Shown piece by piece: positions 37,301-52,300 of a stretch of DNA of 64,000 bases (position 1 is its first letter; every line of letters starts with the position of its first letter). The position numbers and the translations under genes were made by a program. The notes beneath the pieces were generated by a model. That model had not been told where the DNA came from. It did no database searches and saw only the letters and a program-made list of their open reading frames with translations. The DNA is taken from contig CM060734.1 of assembly GCA_030704615.1 (NCBI GenBank), positions 36,580,001 to 36,644,000 of the forward strand, given 5' to 3'. Source of the stretch: Takakia lepidozioides. Taxonomy: Eukaryota; Plantae; Bryophyta.

Positions 37301-40300
37301 TTGTCTCCTCTCTCCTTTGTGCCATCTCTTCTATGTATGAGATTGTCACTGGCATGGTCAACGTCGCTGGTGAATTCTCAGCTGAGATCCACAGCAACAT
37401 TGGAGTCAAACAGGGCTGCCCCCTTTCACCTACCCTGTTCGGGATCTACATTGCGCCTTGGAGAGTTAATATCAAAAACCATGGGGTTGGGGTCCCATTG
37501 ATGGGGGACCAACCCAATCAGATCTCCTCTATGCTGATGATGTTGCCCTTTTGGCACAATCCCCGGTCTTTCTGCAACGCCATCTCAAAATTTTGGAACA
37601 GTTCTGCAAAGACTATGGGATGCAGGTCAATCTTAGCAAGACCGAGATCATGGTCTTCAATGGCCAGGCTGATCCTAGATTCATCTTCAACCAGCAGGAA
37701 ATTGAGATTGTGAAATCATACCGGTACCTAGGTCTGGTTATCCACTCCCCAAGTTTCACTTTGCAGCCACTGCCTTGGACACGTTGACTAAAGGTAAGGC
37801 GACCTCCGTCGCCTTCAGGCCAAATGCAAGCAAATACATCGGCGGCATCCCCCGACCAAAAAGTGGCTGTTTGACACCGTCGTCAGCCCTGCAACCATCT
37901 ATGGTTGTGAGTTCTGGGCACCTGGTGTCCCTGTCTCCTGGTGGGAAAAGAATTTGGAACCATTACAGTCATCTTTTCTCCAAGCATGCTTGGCGCCAGG
38001 AGCACAACTCCCTCTCTCAGATCCTAGGTGCAGAGTTCGCATGTGTACCATTGCAATCCGAGGCCCTCTTCAGTTTACAATCTTTCTCCATAGATTGCAG
38101 GCCCTTCCACCCAAAGGGCTAGTGGCAAGGGCCTCACAACATCTATGAGGCTCAAAGCTGCAGGTTTCAGGAACTCCTGGTATGCTCGAGTGGACAGTTT
38201 ATTTCAACGTAACGGACTTTCTACTGCTTTCCTATTACCAATGAACCCAGATGAGGTGGACATCACATCCAGACATGACGCAACAGACTCATTCGGAGAG
38301 AGCTTATGGAATTACATGTCAAGACCTTGGATGCTACCCAATCTCACGACAAGCTCCACTTCTAGCGAAGACATTCCTGGTGCTCCGCGATGATAGAATC
38401 TTGAGACCAAATTACCTTCCAGCACCATTATCCTCCTTCCCTCTTGAGGGCATTGGGGCGGTTCAGGGTGGGTTCCCACACCTACGGATAGAGACTGGCA
38501 GATGGGAAAACCTGCACGGGAGGACCGCCTATGTCCAGCTTGCATAGGGCGCAGCAAGGAAATTGAAACTGAAGAACACTTCTTCTTCTACTGCCCTCTA
38601 TACTACGAGATCCGTGGGAGATTTCACTGTTTATTTCAGTGGAACCCAAACTCTCACTGATTCTCTTCACTATGAGGATCAAAAATGCGTGGCACCTACT
38701 TACCGAGGCCTTCACCCTTAGACAATTGCGAAACATTAATTGTGGTTTTCTGGATTTGTTCCTCTCTCATGTTTTTCTTCATTTTGTCCCATAAGCTCAC
38801 GAGCTTTCCGCGGACGTTATAAAGCACCATTTCATTTCATTTCATTTCTCTTGTATTTCACATTTTGTCCCATAAGCTCCTTGAGCTTTCCGCGGACGTT
38901 ATAAAGTACCATTTCATTTCATTTCCAAATCCCTTTCACATCACACACAATCTCACTGAAGCTGACACGGAAAAAGGATACTACACCAAACATGTGCAAG
39001 AAGTTCTACTCATCTACTCTTCAAGCAAGACAAAGTCCATATTGGACTAGGGAGCTCGAGATTGCCTGGTTTTGGGAGACCAACCAGTCCCCCCACTCCT
39101 CTTCAAGACAAACCACCTCGCTGGGAAAAACTCGGCGGGCAAGGTCTACTCCGCGACGATATGCATGTCCTCGTCGATATGCCTCCTTTGCTCTATCGTA
39201 CTTTCCTAACCTTTCCAGAAAGTCACCAGCCTGTCCCCCAGCCCTCAACTAACAGGGGTCAAAAGTGAATGAACAAAGGAAACTGGGCTGCTTTCTGCAT
39301 TCTGCAAAAACTTGCCTTGGTCAAGCTCTCATAGACCTTACAAGTAGAAGGGGGTGAAAATGTACTCATTGACTCACTGACCGTCCACTAGTAGGACAAA
39401 CCCTTTTGAGCATAGTCGTCATGGGAAGCCAACCCTCCAGGAGCTGATTGTTCTTTGCATGTGTGAGACCCAACCTGAAAATATCCACAGCACACGTGGC
39501 TGATGATATTCTGATCATAGGGGATGGGATATTTATTTTATTCTCTAGAATTGATTCCATACTACGCCAGGATGACTATCGATAGCCTTGAGAGCATAGG
39601 CCCTTTCAGATAATAGTTGTGGAACAGTAATGGAGAAATGGAAGTTAGGCCAGAGATGCCAGAGGTTGTGCCAATCTGGCTGGTTACACGGTCATGAAGG
39701 CGACACTCACATCAAACTAGAAGCACCGTTGTTTAAAGCCTGACTTCCATTGCCCTGGACAGAAACAAAGGCAGGCTCCTTCAAAACGGGAATATTGTGC
39801 CAAGATGAACATTACCTTTTCAAACATGGCAGCCCGAAGAAGAGCTCCTGCAATGGATTCTAGAACCTCACTCTGCCATGCAACAATGGACCACACAACA
39901 GTTCTTAATTGAATCCTTCCATGAGACAAATGTTTCTCAGGGGTTCGTGAAAAATTCAGGTACTGACCATACTGTGAAGAGAAATATAGAAAGCTATAAT
40001 TAACTTTGCTTTCACAATGATAGTGGCCATTCTTCCCCCACATTTATCCCCACTGTCCCCTGACATGAGAGATCATGCCTTACTACTGGAATGGCATATC
40101 CCCCACATCCCTCACCAGTGATTGGGCAGCCTCAGAGTTGGGTACATCTGACAATGCAGACAAAATCTCTCAAATAATCATGTTAAGTATTTGGAAATCA
40201 AACCTGGAATGGATAAGACGGGTTATTGTTAGCGCACTCTGCTGCATGCCCTGGTAGACCACCTTTCAGGAACAAAGTGATGGCACCTAGCACATCACCT

Positions 40301-43300
40301 TCAGTTTCCTTGACTCTCCCTGCTTCTTCCTCCTAAGAACCACTTATTGTACTCAGATGCAGTTCTGTTTAAATTTAATGAGAGTCATAACATATCAGTC
40401 AGTGGTACAGTATCTAATAATCTATTGTGAATCCAGTAAAAATCCCTAGCAAAATCCCAATGAGCTCTGCCTGCCATCATGTTATAGGTTTAGAAATTAG
40501 CTCGAAATGCTATCTATAGAGAAAAATGCTGGAACTTCCGTTTTTGCATCCAAAGACAGCCTTTCAGATATCTGATTGCTTTGCAACAGATTTGTAGCCT
40601 TAGATGCATACCTGCCCCGTCTGCAGCAGCCATTCGTAGTGACTCTGCCTCAAACACTCCGCATCTGGATGGTTCTGGCTTTCAGCCACAGCTATGGCCT
40701 CCTTCCATCTGACAATTATGATATTTCAGTCAATCCATTGGCTGCTATTTCTGGTAAGACGGAACAAAAATGCATTGTGGGAAGGGACATACAAAGGTGG
40801 GGCAAGAGAGAGGAGAGAAAAAAAAGAAGTGCCATCATAGTTGATTCATGTAGACATTGACTATGATGTACACTTGGGCATCACTGTTGCAGCAATACTG
40901 ACTCTCTTGCAGCCAGTCATTAAGTTTCACCCACCAAAACCCAGCCACATGCAGAGAGGTAGAGAAAGAATTTAAAGGTTCATAAATGTGCTGCATTATG
41001 CCAAGACAATTACCTATGGCACTCCGTGTACATTTGGATCGTCTCAGCAACTCGACCATGTTCCAGCAAAAGTGTCTCTGCTAACTGAAAGATACCCAAA
41101 GAGACACCACATGAATAGTCCTTCCAGTTTGGGCGATATGACCACTGTAACCTCTGTGCATGCAATCCGTAAAGGATGATGGCAGGGAACTCCAAACATG
41201 TGGCCTCTCTACTTAATAAAATTCATTTATATTGGTGGCATTGTTTATGGGGTGCTTGGCAATAGGGTAAACATGGGAAGTGCATTATAACTGCAACTAA
41301 GGCTGTATTATGAAGTACCACAATGGTATTGAATTCAATACCTCCACTCCCCACTAATCTGAGACCAGCTGCGGGGAAGTTGATTCTAAAAAAAGTGGCA
41401 ATAATTGTAAAAGATGAGGTTGAATTCTGTGATTGTCACCCAAGTGGAAGGGAATATATGCAATGGGTCTCAAGCATTCTCTGGGGAAACTCCCATGCGG
41501 CAAAAAGGAGAAGACCTTCCACTGATGCTGAAGCAAAGCTAGCTTAGCCCGCACAAGATAGTGATCCAGCCCATCACTCCCAGCTTCTTGGACAATCACC
41601 TCTTTCACCTTGTTCACCTGCATCACAGCTCAAACGTAAATTTGTCGAGTGTCACACTCCCCTGAGCCAATCAAAGACGGAATCCACTACCAGCAAGAAG
41701 GTCACCTCAATAACATACTAGCAGACCTATCTTTAAGATGTTCATTACTGGTTTCAAACAAATCTACGTAAATTCATAAATTTTCCAAGGCCCTCTTCTT
41801 CACAGTATGCTCTCTACAGCTGGTTGCAAAGAAACAGTGAGGTATAGGATGTACTCATAAGCCTTTGTTGTCTGTAGCCTTGTGGCCATAGGGAATAGGT
41901 ACTACCTTTGTGAAGGGCTCGCTCCAGTACTGTGACATACCTTGGAATGAACAGTTCGTTCGGGGTTTCCAGATATCCTCTAGAAAGCCCTTCACACAAG
42001 CATCAATCTGCTGTGTGTGAGGAGCCCAAAAGCGAGAGCCCAACAGGATCAGGGCTGTAGCCTCAAAGGAAGGTATAGAAGTATAGATTGTACTCATAAG
42101 ACGTTGTTTGCCGTAGCCTTGTGGCCATTGACCCCGCGCCCAGTTTGAGCGGGAACAAAAGGGACAGAACCTACCTCTGTCAGGGGCTGACGTTGGTAGT
42201 AAGACTTACCTCCATATAAAGAATTAATCCGGGTTTTCCAGATATCCTCTAGAAATCCCTTCACACAAGCATCAATCTGCTGTGTGTGATTTGCCCAAAA
42301 ACTAGGCCTCAGGAGGGCCTGGGCTTTTGGTATAGAAGTATAGAGAAAGGGTATAAGGTCGGCCTCATTAGAAGGGACTATCAGACCTTGTGCATGAAGC
42401 GAGCTTTTGCCACATCTCCAAGTGCTGCATAGCAACGCTCAGCAATAGCAAGCTCCCTATGGTGCAGTGCTGTTTCAGCAAGCTGTGTACACATAATCAA
42501 CAGAAAGACATATTGGAGTTGCTCTGAACAACATCAATAAAATGGCAATCCAATGGCAACAACTTTACTGTAAAGTATCACTCTTGCTATGTAACTATAA
42601 TACATGAAAATTCAAGCATATGCATGAATGCATTCCTATGGTTTTCTGATGATCAGCACAGTGGTTTTACAGAGGAGAATAAACCTGTTTCCACATAGCT
42701 TCTGTTTCCGGTGCAAGCTGGAGGGGCTCAAGAATGGCTACAGCATGGTCATAGTCAAGGGTCTCCAATGCTGACCCAAATTCAATCAATGCTTCATCCA
42801 ACACATAGCTTACCTGCATGACATAGATTCCCAATTTGCTATGTGAGATATCAGGAATCTTTGCTGATGAATCAATGTAAAAGCCTACTCTGTCATCAAT
42901 AATAGTGTGGCATGTGAAACCAGAAGAACAGCAACCGCGTTAAGTTCAACATCACTCGGGTTTAGACTAAGCCCCACAGCATTGCTGCCTTCATCCACGA
43001 TGACTTCAGTGCGACCCTGTGTCCTCTCAATACCCTCGACCTCTCCCTGCTCCATGCCAACCAGCTACCCTTCAGTTCTGGCAGTTGGATTTACAAGTAA
43101 TTTGCAGTTAGATTGATCCCTCTTGGATTCTTTAAGTTTTGGAAAGACAACTGAGAAAACATTCAACACGATCAATTAAAGGCAAATAGTAGCCCACATA
43201 ATCACATCTGATAAGAGGCAGTACTGACTCCTTCAAGCCTTCATTGGTAAAGTTGCGTCTCAGTTGCATTGGAGATACATAATAACCAAGTTGCATACAC

Positions 43301-46300
43301 AAACCTTGATGGGAAAAATGGTAGCCTGTTCTGGGTTTTTGATGCTGTACCACACATACAAATTTCCCCGGTTCTACCAACCCCACAAACAAAAACAATA
43401 TCAGGTCTATCAGACCACATATGATCCATGCAGAGAAACATAACTCTAATGTGAGAATTTCCCTAGAAGATGCTTCAACAACTCCCTAAGTCCCGCTGTT
43501 AGGACTGTCATTAAATGATGATTGTCAGAGCTGAGCAATGACTGCAGACACTCAGTGTCACTTGTGCTAAAGCAATGCCTCCAGACCAGGAGAACCTCGT
43601 AAAAAACTTCACAAGGAGAATGTACTCATAAGACTTTGTTTGCTGGAGCCTTGTGGCCAAGGAGAGTTAGTGGATTTGTTACCTGTGCCACAACAACGTC
43701 GCTGTCAGGCACCCATTGTACATAGCTGCAAAAGCTCAGCAGCGTCATCCTCTCCTGAGTGATGTTTCAGTTCCCAAGTCCAAGACATCAGCTTTTGCCA
43801 CATAAAATTGAATGATGGCCAAACTCAATGTGCAGTACTCCATCAAATACTGATCATGCATATTTGCAAGGACTAAAACAAGGAACCCTGGTGAAGCACT
43901 CCAAAAGAGAAATGAAATGAAATGGTGCTTTATAACGTCCACAGAAAGCTCATAGAGCTTATGAGACAAAATGGAAAGAAAAACGGAGTGGGTAGAGACC
44001 TGAGAGACAAGGTTGAAGAGATGAAGTTGCTGTATTTTGTCCCGAAAGAGCAAGTGGCTTGCATGGGGGTTAAGTTCCAGCCAGTCAATTTTGCAGTCAT
44101 GGTTGAGTGTACCTGCACTCACACCACTGAACAAAACAAGCCCGGTGTTGCTTAGCAGGTAAAATGTTTCATTTCACTACCAATGATGCAAACTCCACTC
44201 ATGGTAAATGAACTGAGATCCAGGAAACATGTTTGAGGATGTGATGAGAAGGGTTCTGTATCCTATGGGTAGGTCTTGCAAAACCCTGCCAAGGGGTTTA
44301 TAAAGTTGAGTGGTGTATAACTCAATGAAACTAGGCCTATGAGTGCCATGGTCTTACTCCTTCATGTCTCAGGCTTTACCAACTAGGTGCTGTTTCTATC
44401 CTTTTGCTGAGACTTGTTTTTTCTTTGGACCACTCTTCCTGGTTATGCACTTGGTGAGTATTGCTCTGTTTGCTAACCCTGTCCAGGTCTGCATTTCAAA
44501 GAGCAACAGCTAACGCTGATTTTGGACTGTTTTCAGGCACTGCCTTTCTCCTTTTAGAGGGACTGCATCTGATGTAGTGAGCAGTAGAGATTGATCAGCT
44601 GGTGTTTCCACTATTTAGCACTATATCCAGACTTCAATAACTCGACGATGGTCAGAAGAGGGACATGCCTCACAAGGTCCAATATCCGAATAGTCTGAAG
44701 GTCGATAAGATAGGCTATCTTCTTATTCTCCTCTGTCACTGAGTCCGGCCCTCTGAATGGACGGTCATTCAGACGCACGCTGATGAGAAAGGGGCTCAGA
44801 TGCTCAGTGCGGCACGTTCCTAGCACCTGGCGAAAAAGAACCTAATATGAAGCCAGACTATCTGAGAAAGATACTATTTTACCCCAACGGTCGGGGCTTC
44901 TACTGTATTTGAAACGTTCCACTGAACACTAGAGACTGGGTCTTAGAAATTCCAAAGAAAGCACTTTCTTCATTTCAGTGGATCCAACATTGCGGGGCAG
45001 AACCGATGACTGTCTATACGCAAACAAACTCATGACACCACTCCACCACCTTGGCTTTGAATCTCCAGTGGATGATTATGAGTGCTAGGGTGTGGCCCAT
45101 CAGGATGAACACAAACCCAGGCTGCTAGCTGCTGCATGGTCTACTAAATAAATCCAAACAATGGATCCCACATTTTATCACAATAGCACAACCTCATTGC
45201 AGCCATACTCAACCAAGGAAAGCTCCCCCGCATTATGGACCATACAAACGGATGGGTTGTCCACCAGAAATTTCTCATTTCCGCCTCCGCGCCATGGCAC
45301 CTAGTCACATAGATGCCTTTATACTTTGGCATGTAAGCAAAGAAATCAATCTATCATTAGCATGCAGACACTGATCCCTTGCCACTCTAAGTGTATTTCT
45401 CCACAGCTTTAGGTTAGACCACATTTTTTAGATCTTGACATTCAGCACGGTGCCTTGAATGCTTCGCTCAGGAATTTTACGTGTAGTCTTTACTGCTTAT
45501 ACTTAGTTGATGACAGTGACATCTATATCTTCCAAACAGGCGTCTGACATGGTCATAAAAAGAGATGACATCATCATCATCAAATGATGATGTCATCATC
45601 ATATGGCCAATCTTGATATAGAAGGGATTTGAGTTTAGTTTGATGCCTCTCTTATTTGCCTAGCGTGTCAAGCCGGGCGCTTTGCAGTAAGCATATGAAA
45701 GAGTTCACTCTTGCGGCAGATAAAGCCCATCAGATCTCACCCTATTATTGCCCCCTATTGTTGCCCAAAGAAAGCAAACAGATTAAAAAGAACATTGTCT
45801 CTAAGATGACATTGCCAATAGTATCATCAAGTTCTTCCCAACTTCCAAAAACAATAAAAGCACTCTTGAACCAGAGTGGTTCACCTCTGACAGCTTGCAG
45901 CTTTCCAAGTTGCCCATCAGCAGGGTCTCAGGGGTATGTGCAATCAGGTACTGCATATGACAGGCCCTCCCAATCAAAATCCCACTCAGTCGCTCCCTCT
46001 AAACTGGCCATGGGGTCAATGGCCAAAAGGATGCAGCAACCAGAGTCTCATAAGTACACCTCACAATTGTTTGAAGACCATGTCAGTGAGCAGTTGCAAA
46101 TTTATGTACACATTCTCTGGTTCTACTGTTTAATTTCAATGGTTACGTTTCTACGTATGTCCCTTGGATGCCTCTCGTGGACGCAATGAATTTTGTGTAT
46201 CTTTCTGCCTGTTTAATTCCTATTACAAACAACGGCAAACAACGGCTACAGCAAACAACGTCATATGAGTACATTCTTATTACACGCTGAGTGGCTATAG

Positions 46301-49300
46301 CCTCACTGGATGTCATCTTGACAAACTGGACACCTTTGCCGTCTAAATTTCTCAAAAATGTCTAGTGAGGACCCGTGAGAAAGGTCTACATTTCCACCCA
46401 CCTTCTCACAGGAGAGGGTAGGCCTAACTCCAGCCAGCATCTCTTCTAAATCTACACTCCATGCATTGACAGAAACCAGTCATACCTGGAGTTCCAACTA
46501 TGTGTACCGTGGAAAGCACCTGGTCATGGTAGATGTTGATTTTAAGAATTTCCCAGTCATATTGAGATCGAAGTACAATTCGTGTTCCCATGGACAGCCG
46601 CCTCACGATCACCTGTACATAAACCAGCTATCCTTTTGCTATGGAGGGAAGTGGAATCTGCATTGCACAGTCAAACCTACAGAGAGTTCTATTATACATT
46701 ACCACCACAGAAGAAAATCCAACCTACAGTAGGTGGAGACTTAAAACCACTCCCATCAATATGAGATCAGAGGGAGACACTTCCTTCTTCACAGGCTTCT
46801 CATCCATGTCAGAATGCTTCCTTATGATGCATTTAGCAGCCTACCTCGATGAGGCACTTCCATCTCCGCGCATCATGAGGCAAAAATTTACAAGCACAAC
46901 ATAACTTTGGTTTGTCCCTTCTATGGCGTTGGTTTTGGATCATTTGGCCCTTCCTGTCAGTACAAACACCCTGTGTGTACACATATAATTTTCACTTCTT
47001 TCATTCTATCCCTGTTGTGCATCCCAGCTTAAACCAGGTCTAGTGGGCCATAATGTTATATAATTAATTCTGATGTATTTCACAATCTCATTGGCCCCTC
47101 GAGCTTCCAGAGGACGTCATTCTAGATGTTTGTCAGGTCCTTTCATCAAGAGGTTTCGGCCTTGGGCCTCATTGAATGACAGTTCATCTCCTCCAAAGAC
47201 AAGGCACAGCAGCCACCCAGATCTGAACTTGCAGGCCCCCATTGTCATTCCGAAACATCCAGATGAACTAAGTCAGGCACGAGCTGAATGAAACCAAGGC
47301 TTCAAGGATCCAGATTTGATGTATATTAAGCTGTGATAGTAGAGCCTAACCTGGCTTTTGGTTATGTATGTAAATTCAAATTTGTTCTCATAGCGCTGTT
47401 TGCGTACGCAGGCATCAAAAATATCAACATTTCCACACAGCCCTCCCACAGCAAGCTGACTGTCACACCTCAAGCACAAAGAAGGGTGAGTGGCATATAG
47501 ACATATAGTGACAATTTTGTATTGAGGCCATGTAAAGATTCAATGGCATTGTTGTTGTTTGCTGTAATTGCCTACTCCAGACACTAGGGAGTGGCAATGT
47601 TTATAATGGATGTTAAGATGTACGACATTGCAACTATTGAAGATTAGTAAGATTCCAAATGTATTCGAAAATGCCACTACAGTAGTCTTTCACTGTGTGA
47701 TTCTGACATACCGAGGGAATAGACATAACCGAAAAACTACAGAAAGTGACTAGGTTCACCTGCCATCTGGTTTCCAAGCCAGAGTAGAAACCGTGTAAAG
47801 ATTTTCCACTTGCACACTTCCAATGTCCTCCCAGAGGCCTTGCTGGTTTGTGAGACTGAAAGAGCACCCACCTTCACTATGTCATCATCCATGCCCATAG
47901 TGTACATCATGTAGGATTAAACGTCCTCAAACCTCACCAATGAACAAATGAAATGAAATGAAATGGTGTTTTATAACGTCCGCGGAAAGCTCATAGAGCT
48001 TATGGGACAAAATGGAAGAAAACATGAGAGAGGAAACAAAAACCAGAGCCAGAGATAAAAACTATTGTTCGAGTGATTGTCTAAGGGTGAGTGCCTCATG
48101 AAGAACGGGCTGGAATACAGCTGCCACAGTAAACAGAGAGTCCACAAGGGAAGGGGAAGCCCCCTCAAAAAGACACTCGTTTTGGCCATTTGCTTTCTGA
48201 CTTATTAATTTTTGGAAGTGAAGTGGAGTGACTCTGCTCTCTTCATGATATAAGCTTGTCTTCCTCATTCATTTGTAAGCAATAATATGGTGATGGTCAG
48301 AAACAACTTGACAACCGTACTCATCTTTGCTAGAGAAAAGGATGGAGAGGGGTGCAGATGGAAGGGGATTTTAGTGGTGGAGAGAAAACCTGAAGACATG
48401 GAAGCCATTAAAGCACCCGAGCACCACTGTGTCCCCACTGGGATTGAAACATGCTGAGCTGAAGTCTTTAGCGGCCTGCCAAGTGTCACCCATGAATCAA
48501 TTTTTGCATGTGACACATTGATAGGCAACATCAGTTCAAAAGCAGACTTGAAAGGATGATAAACAAGGTAGCACAGAGTACCTGTATGTTGTTGTAGTCA
48601 AATTGCTGCTGAAGTCCTCCATTGGCATCAAAGAAGGCGACCTGTAATGCAACAGGACTTGCTTTTGAATTTGTGAGTGCTACGAACCTTCGATACGTAC
48701 TGTGCTATAAGCTGATCATGGACGTGAAGGGGACTTCTTATTGTTCACTTCAAAGGGACCAGCAGTCCTTAAAGTGTTCCAAACAACACTGCTAAGTCAA
48801 GGTATAAGAGCCAGATGCAACAGCTTCTGATAAGACTCGCTATGCGATATTTTATCTTTGTCCTACCCCTGCATAATTAAGGAAGCCTGTACTTCCCGGA
48901 GCTAGTAGTACATCTGATGTAGTGGGCTCTCTCAACGAGTCTAAATTGTACTTGGATCAGCCATCCTACTACATCCAGGAACCGTCTACCTACTAAGTTG
49001 GCAGGTGACTAGCTTATTCGGTGACTACAAGGCAGTTGTGATCGCACAGGGTGACCTCCAACATAGCCATGTGGAACCCAACGTGTGGTTACATGAAAAT
49101 TGGGCTATCTGGAGAAAGCTGCAACTTCTCTGTGTCAATCAAATTGTGCTTAGGTTGTAGGTTGAAATCCAACCTTGCAGTCAGGTCCGGCAGCGACAAT
49201 GCTCTTGCCCCAAGCAAGGGCTGATGGCACACTACCTGTGGCATAGAACGTGCCAAGGGAGTCTTCAATGTGTACATGATGGTGTGTTTGTATACAAACA

Positions 49301-52300
49301 GAAATTGCAGAGAAATGGTTGTCTAGTTGTAGTAAAAAGGTGGCTATGTCTACATGTTTTCGTATGGAAGGTGTCCACCTTCCAAACGGAAGCAGCAGCC
49401 CTTCGGGTCGAGGTGACACCATAAGTTACACTTGCTTCAGCAGGAGTCAACCTTCTTTCTTGTTTTCATTAGTCTTCTTTGTGCATCAGGCTGAACTCAG
49501 TGGCCTCTCATAAGTCCCAGCTGGGTATCTCCCCCGCTTCATCGTGAACAGGTTAATATGGCAGCGCGCAAAACTTCGCTGTCAGTTAGGTGTCTTGGAA
49601 GTGTATTGAAGGCTGTATAGAGGATGGTGAGGTTGGGACGCAGGGAAGAGGGTACCATAATGAGAAAGTTTGACCGCTGAAACCCCCGACAACATGGCCT
49701 CCAGAGTGAACCTATAGCACAATCCAAACAACACCAGAATCTGTTCTGTTAGAAAAGGGTGAGTTCAATGGCTCAGTGGAAAATAATAGTGCAAGTGCTT
49801 TTGGGCCCATAGAGCATCAGACTTCCATCTACTTTTACTCGGGCTGACTGGAATCCATTGACATAGATTTTGGGTCTTTCCTATATAATAACCACACCCA
49901 CAGGAGGAATGAGGCAAAAGTAGGGTCAAACTCAAAGGCTGCAATGGGGAGATAGACTTGGATTGGAAGAGCCACATGCAATGGACCGTGACCCAATGTG
50001 TTTGGTGGTGGGTATACCTTCCCAGTGTAAGTGAAGTGTAACAAATCATCAAGGAGCGAATTTAGAAAACATTACAGAGCGGCCCTTAGCTAGTCTCTGG
50101 GTCCTTACGATGTGAGAGGGAGGAAACAAAGTTAAGAGAATGCAGGAATATCAAAAAACCTATATATTGAGCCATCCAGGTGGCCGGCGATGCAAGTGGC
50201 ACCATCAGGACTGCATGTCAGGCTTACTACTGAGCTTCCCCCCCCATGCGCATACACCGTGGCACCCCGATTTGTTCGAAGCTGCCCAACCTATTTCTCA
50301 TGAACAACAAAGCCTCAAAGCCTCTCATCTGGACGTGGTAGCTGTCATCCTACATTAGGCTTACTGAATGTCCATGAAAGATGCACTGATCAGGAAACAG
50401 TTGCCTATGAAATAAAAGCATAGTCCTCCATTGAGGTTAACTGTCTTCTCCCGCCAGTTTATGAAACACACGCCGCAATTGCCATCACCCTTGCACAAAG
50501 ACTGGCTGGAACAGAGGGATACATGTATTACTGGGCTATGCCTACTCCTCTTGTACAGAAGCAAGCCAAAAGATCAAGAACTGTCACTAAATCCGAACCC
50601 TGAAGACCACTCAGCCAGACAACAGTCACTAATGGAAAGAGACAGATGTACAGACTAAGACATCTTCCGCATATGCCAGGGCCATACAGGGGTAAAGAGA
50701 TCACAGGCGCACCTTCACTTTGCCATCTGTAAGGCCAAACAAAAGCTCATGTTGATGTGTGCTGGGCCACACAATGCTGACAATGGGAGACATTTGCTGA
50801 AATTTGTTGCATATGGACTTCTTGTCACCCCACTCTGACCTGCCTTCCCCACTATTCATGAGATCATGCTCTATCCTTCCTTCTGATTTGGAATAAAATA
50901 CTTCTATCATATACTTCTCTCATACCATCACCCTTGTTCCCTCTTCTCCGCCCAAACTGGGTGCAGGGTCTATGGCCACAGGCTACAGCACACAACATCT
51001 CATGAGTATTCTCACACCATCACTTGGGATATTTTGGATGTATAGTACCACTGATAGATCTTGAACCTCTTATGAATTTTCAGGGAGGTGAGGTACAGTG
51101 GCCAAAGGATGGTCTCTCACCCAAGCTTGTAGACAAAGATGATATCATCACTCTGGCCAATGGCAAGCCTTGTGCTGTCTGGTGAGAACACCATTGCCGT
51201 GACGATGTACATCTTAGACCCCTACAATCATTCATCAAAATCACTTAGAATATATTTCCACTATTCCTGAAGAGACAAAGATGGTTCAATTGAATCACAA
51301 CGTGCAATACTCCCGGCATTACAGCACCCTAGCTTCAGCTCTCCCAGCTACACTAACCATCAATCTCAAAGGGGCAACCCTGGCTGAGGAAAAGCTATGG
51401 CAGTTCTACATCGGGATAGTCACCAACCTACAAAAGGTTAGAGCCCAGGTAGTCTGTATCTGCAAAGTTACAGCATAACTGTAATCATAATGTAAGAAAA
51501 TCCCCTCCAAAGAAAGAGAATAAGGAGAGGAATGGAATGTCTTTTCAAGTGTGATACATTTCAAAGGTTGATGGTATCCAAGAATGGAAGTGATACTTTA
51601 GGGTCAGCAGGCTTGGTGGAAAACTTGTCCTTGAGCTCTCCATTCTCATCAAACAAATGGACAATTCGATGTAACGTTACAGCAGCCAACCTTCGACTGA
51701 GAAAGACCACACCTAGCTTTCAGCTCATAAGTCTCTAATACTCACATGATAGAATACAGAGCCAGATAGAGACCTGAAAGTCTATCCATACACCTAATTT
51801 TAATTACACCATTGGATCTCCAACAACTGCTATCTACTGTGAAAACTACCAAAGCTAGAGAACTGGCAGTACGAGGTAAGCAATGTCCTTCCTCTGCCAT
51901 TAGCTCTTTTCTGGATATTCCAATTTATCATTTACTGTGCTTGCCAATTCAGCTTTGGATCAAGTGAGCATGGTCGCTGTACACAATACCCCTTGGTCTC
52001 CTGGGATGGTTACTATGCGAAGAACCCAAGGAAGCCCAAAGATTTTTTGCCAGTGATTGAAGCAAGTACCCAAACTGTTCACCTCCATTTCAAATCTCCA
52101 AAAGTGCGGGGACCAGACTGCTTTGCCAGTTTCATTGAAATGATATCATTCAGATGAATCTACTGAAAGGAGGTGACAGGGATTTTCTACTGTCTTTTCC
52201 ATATGTCATGACAGGAGTTCAAGAAAAACCATAGACCCTGATTTCCAGTTGTCACATCAACAATCTAAAATGTTGGATCATGATATGATTCATCAAGCTA

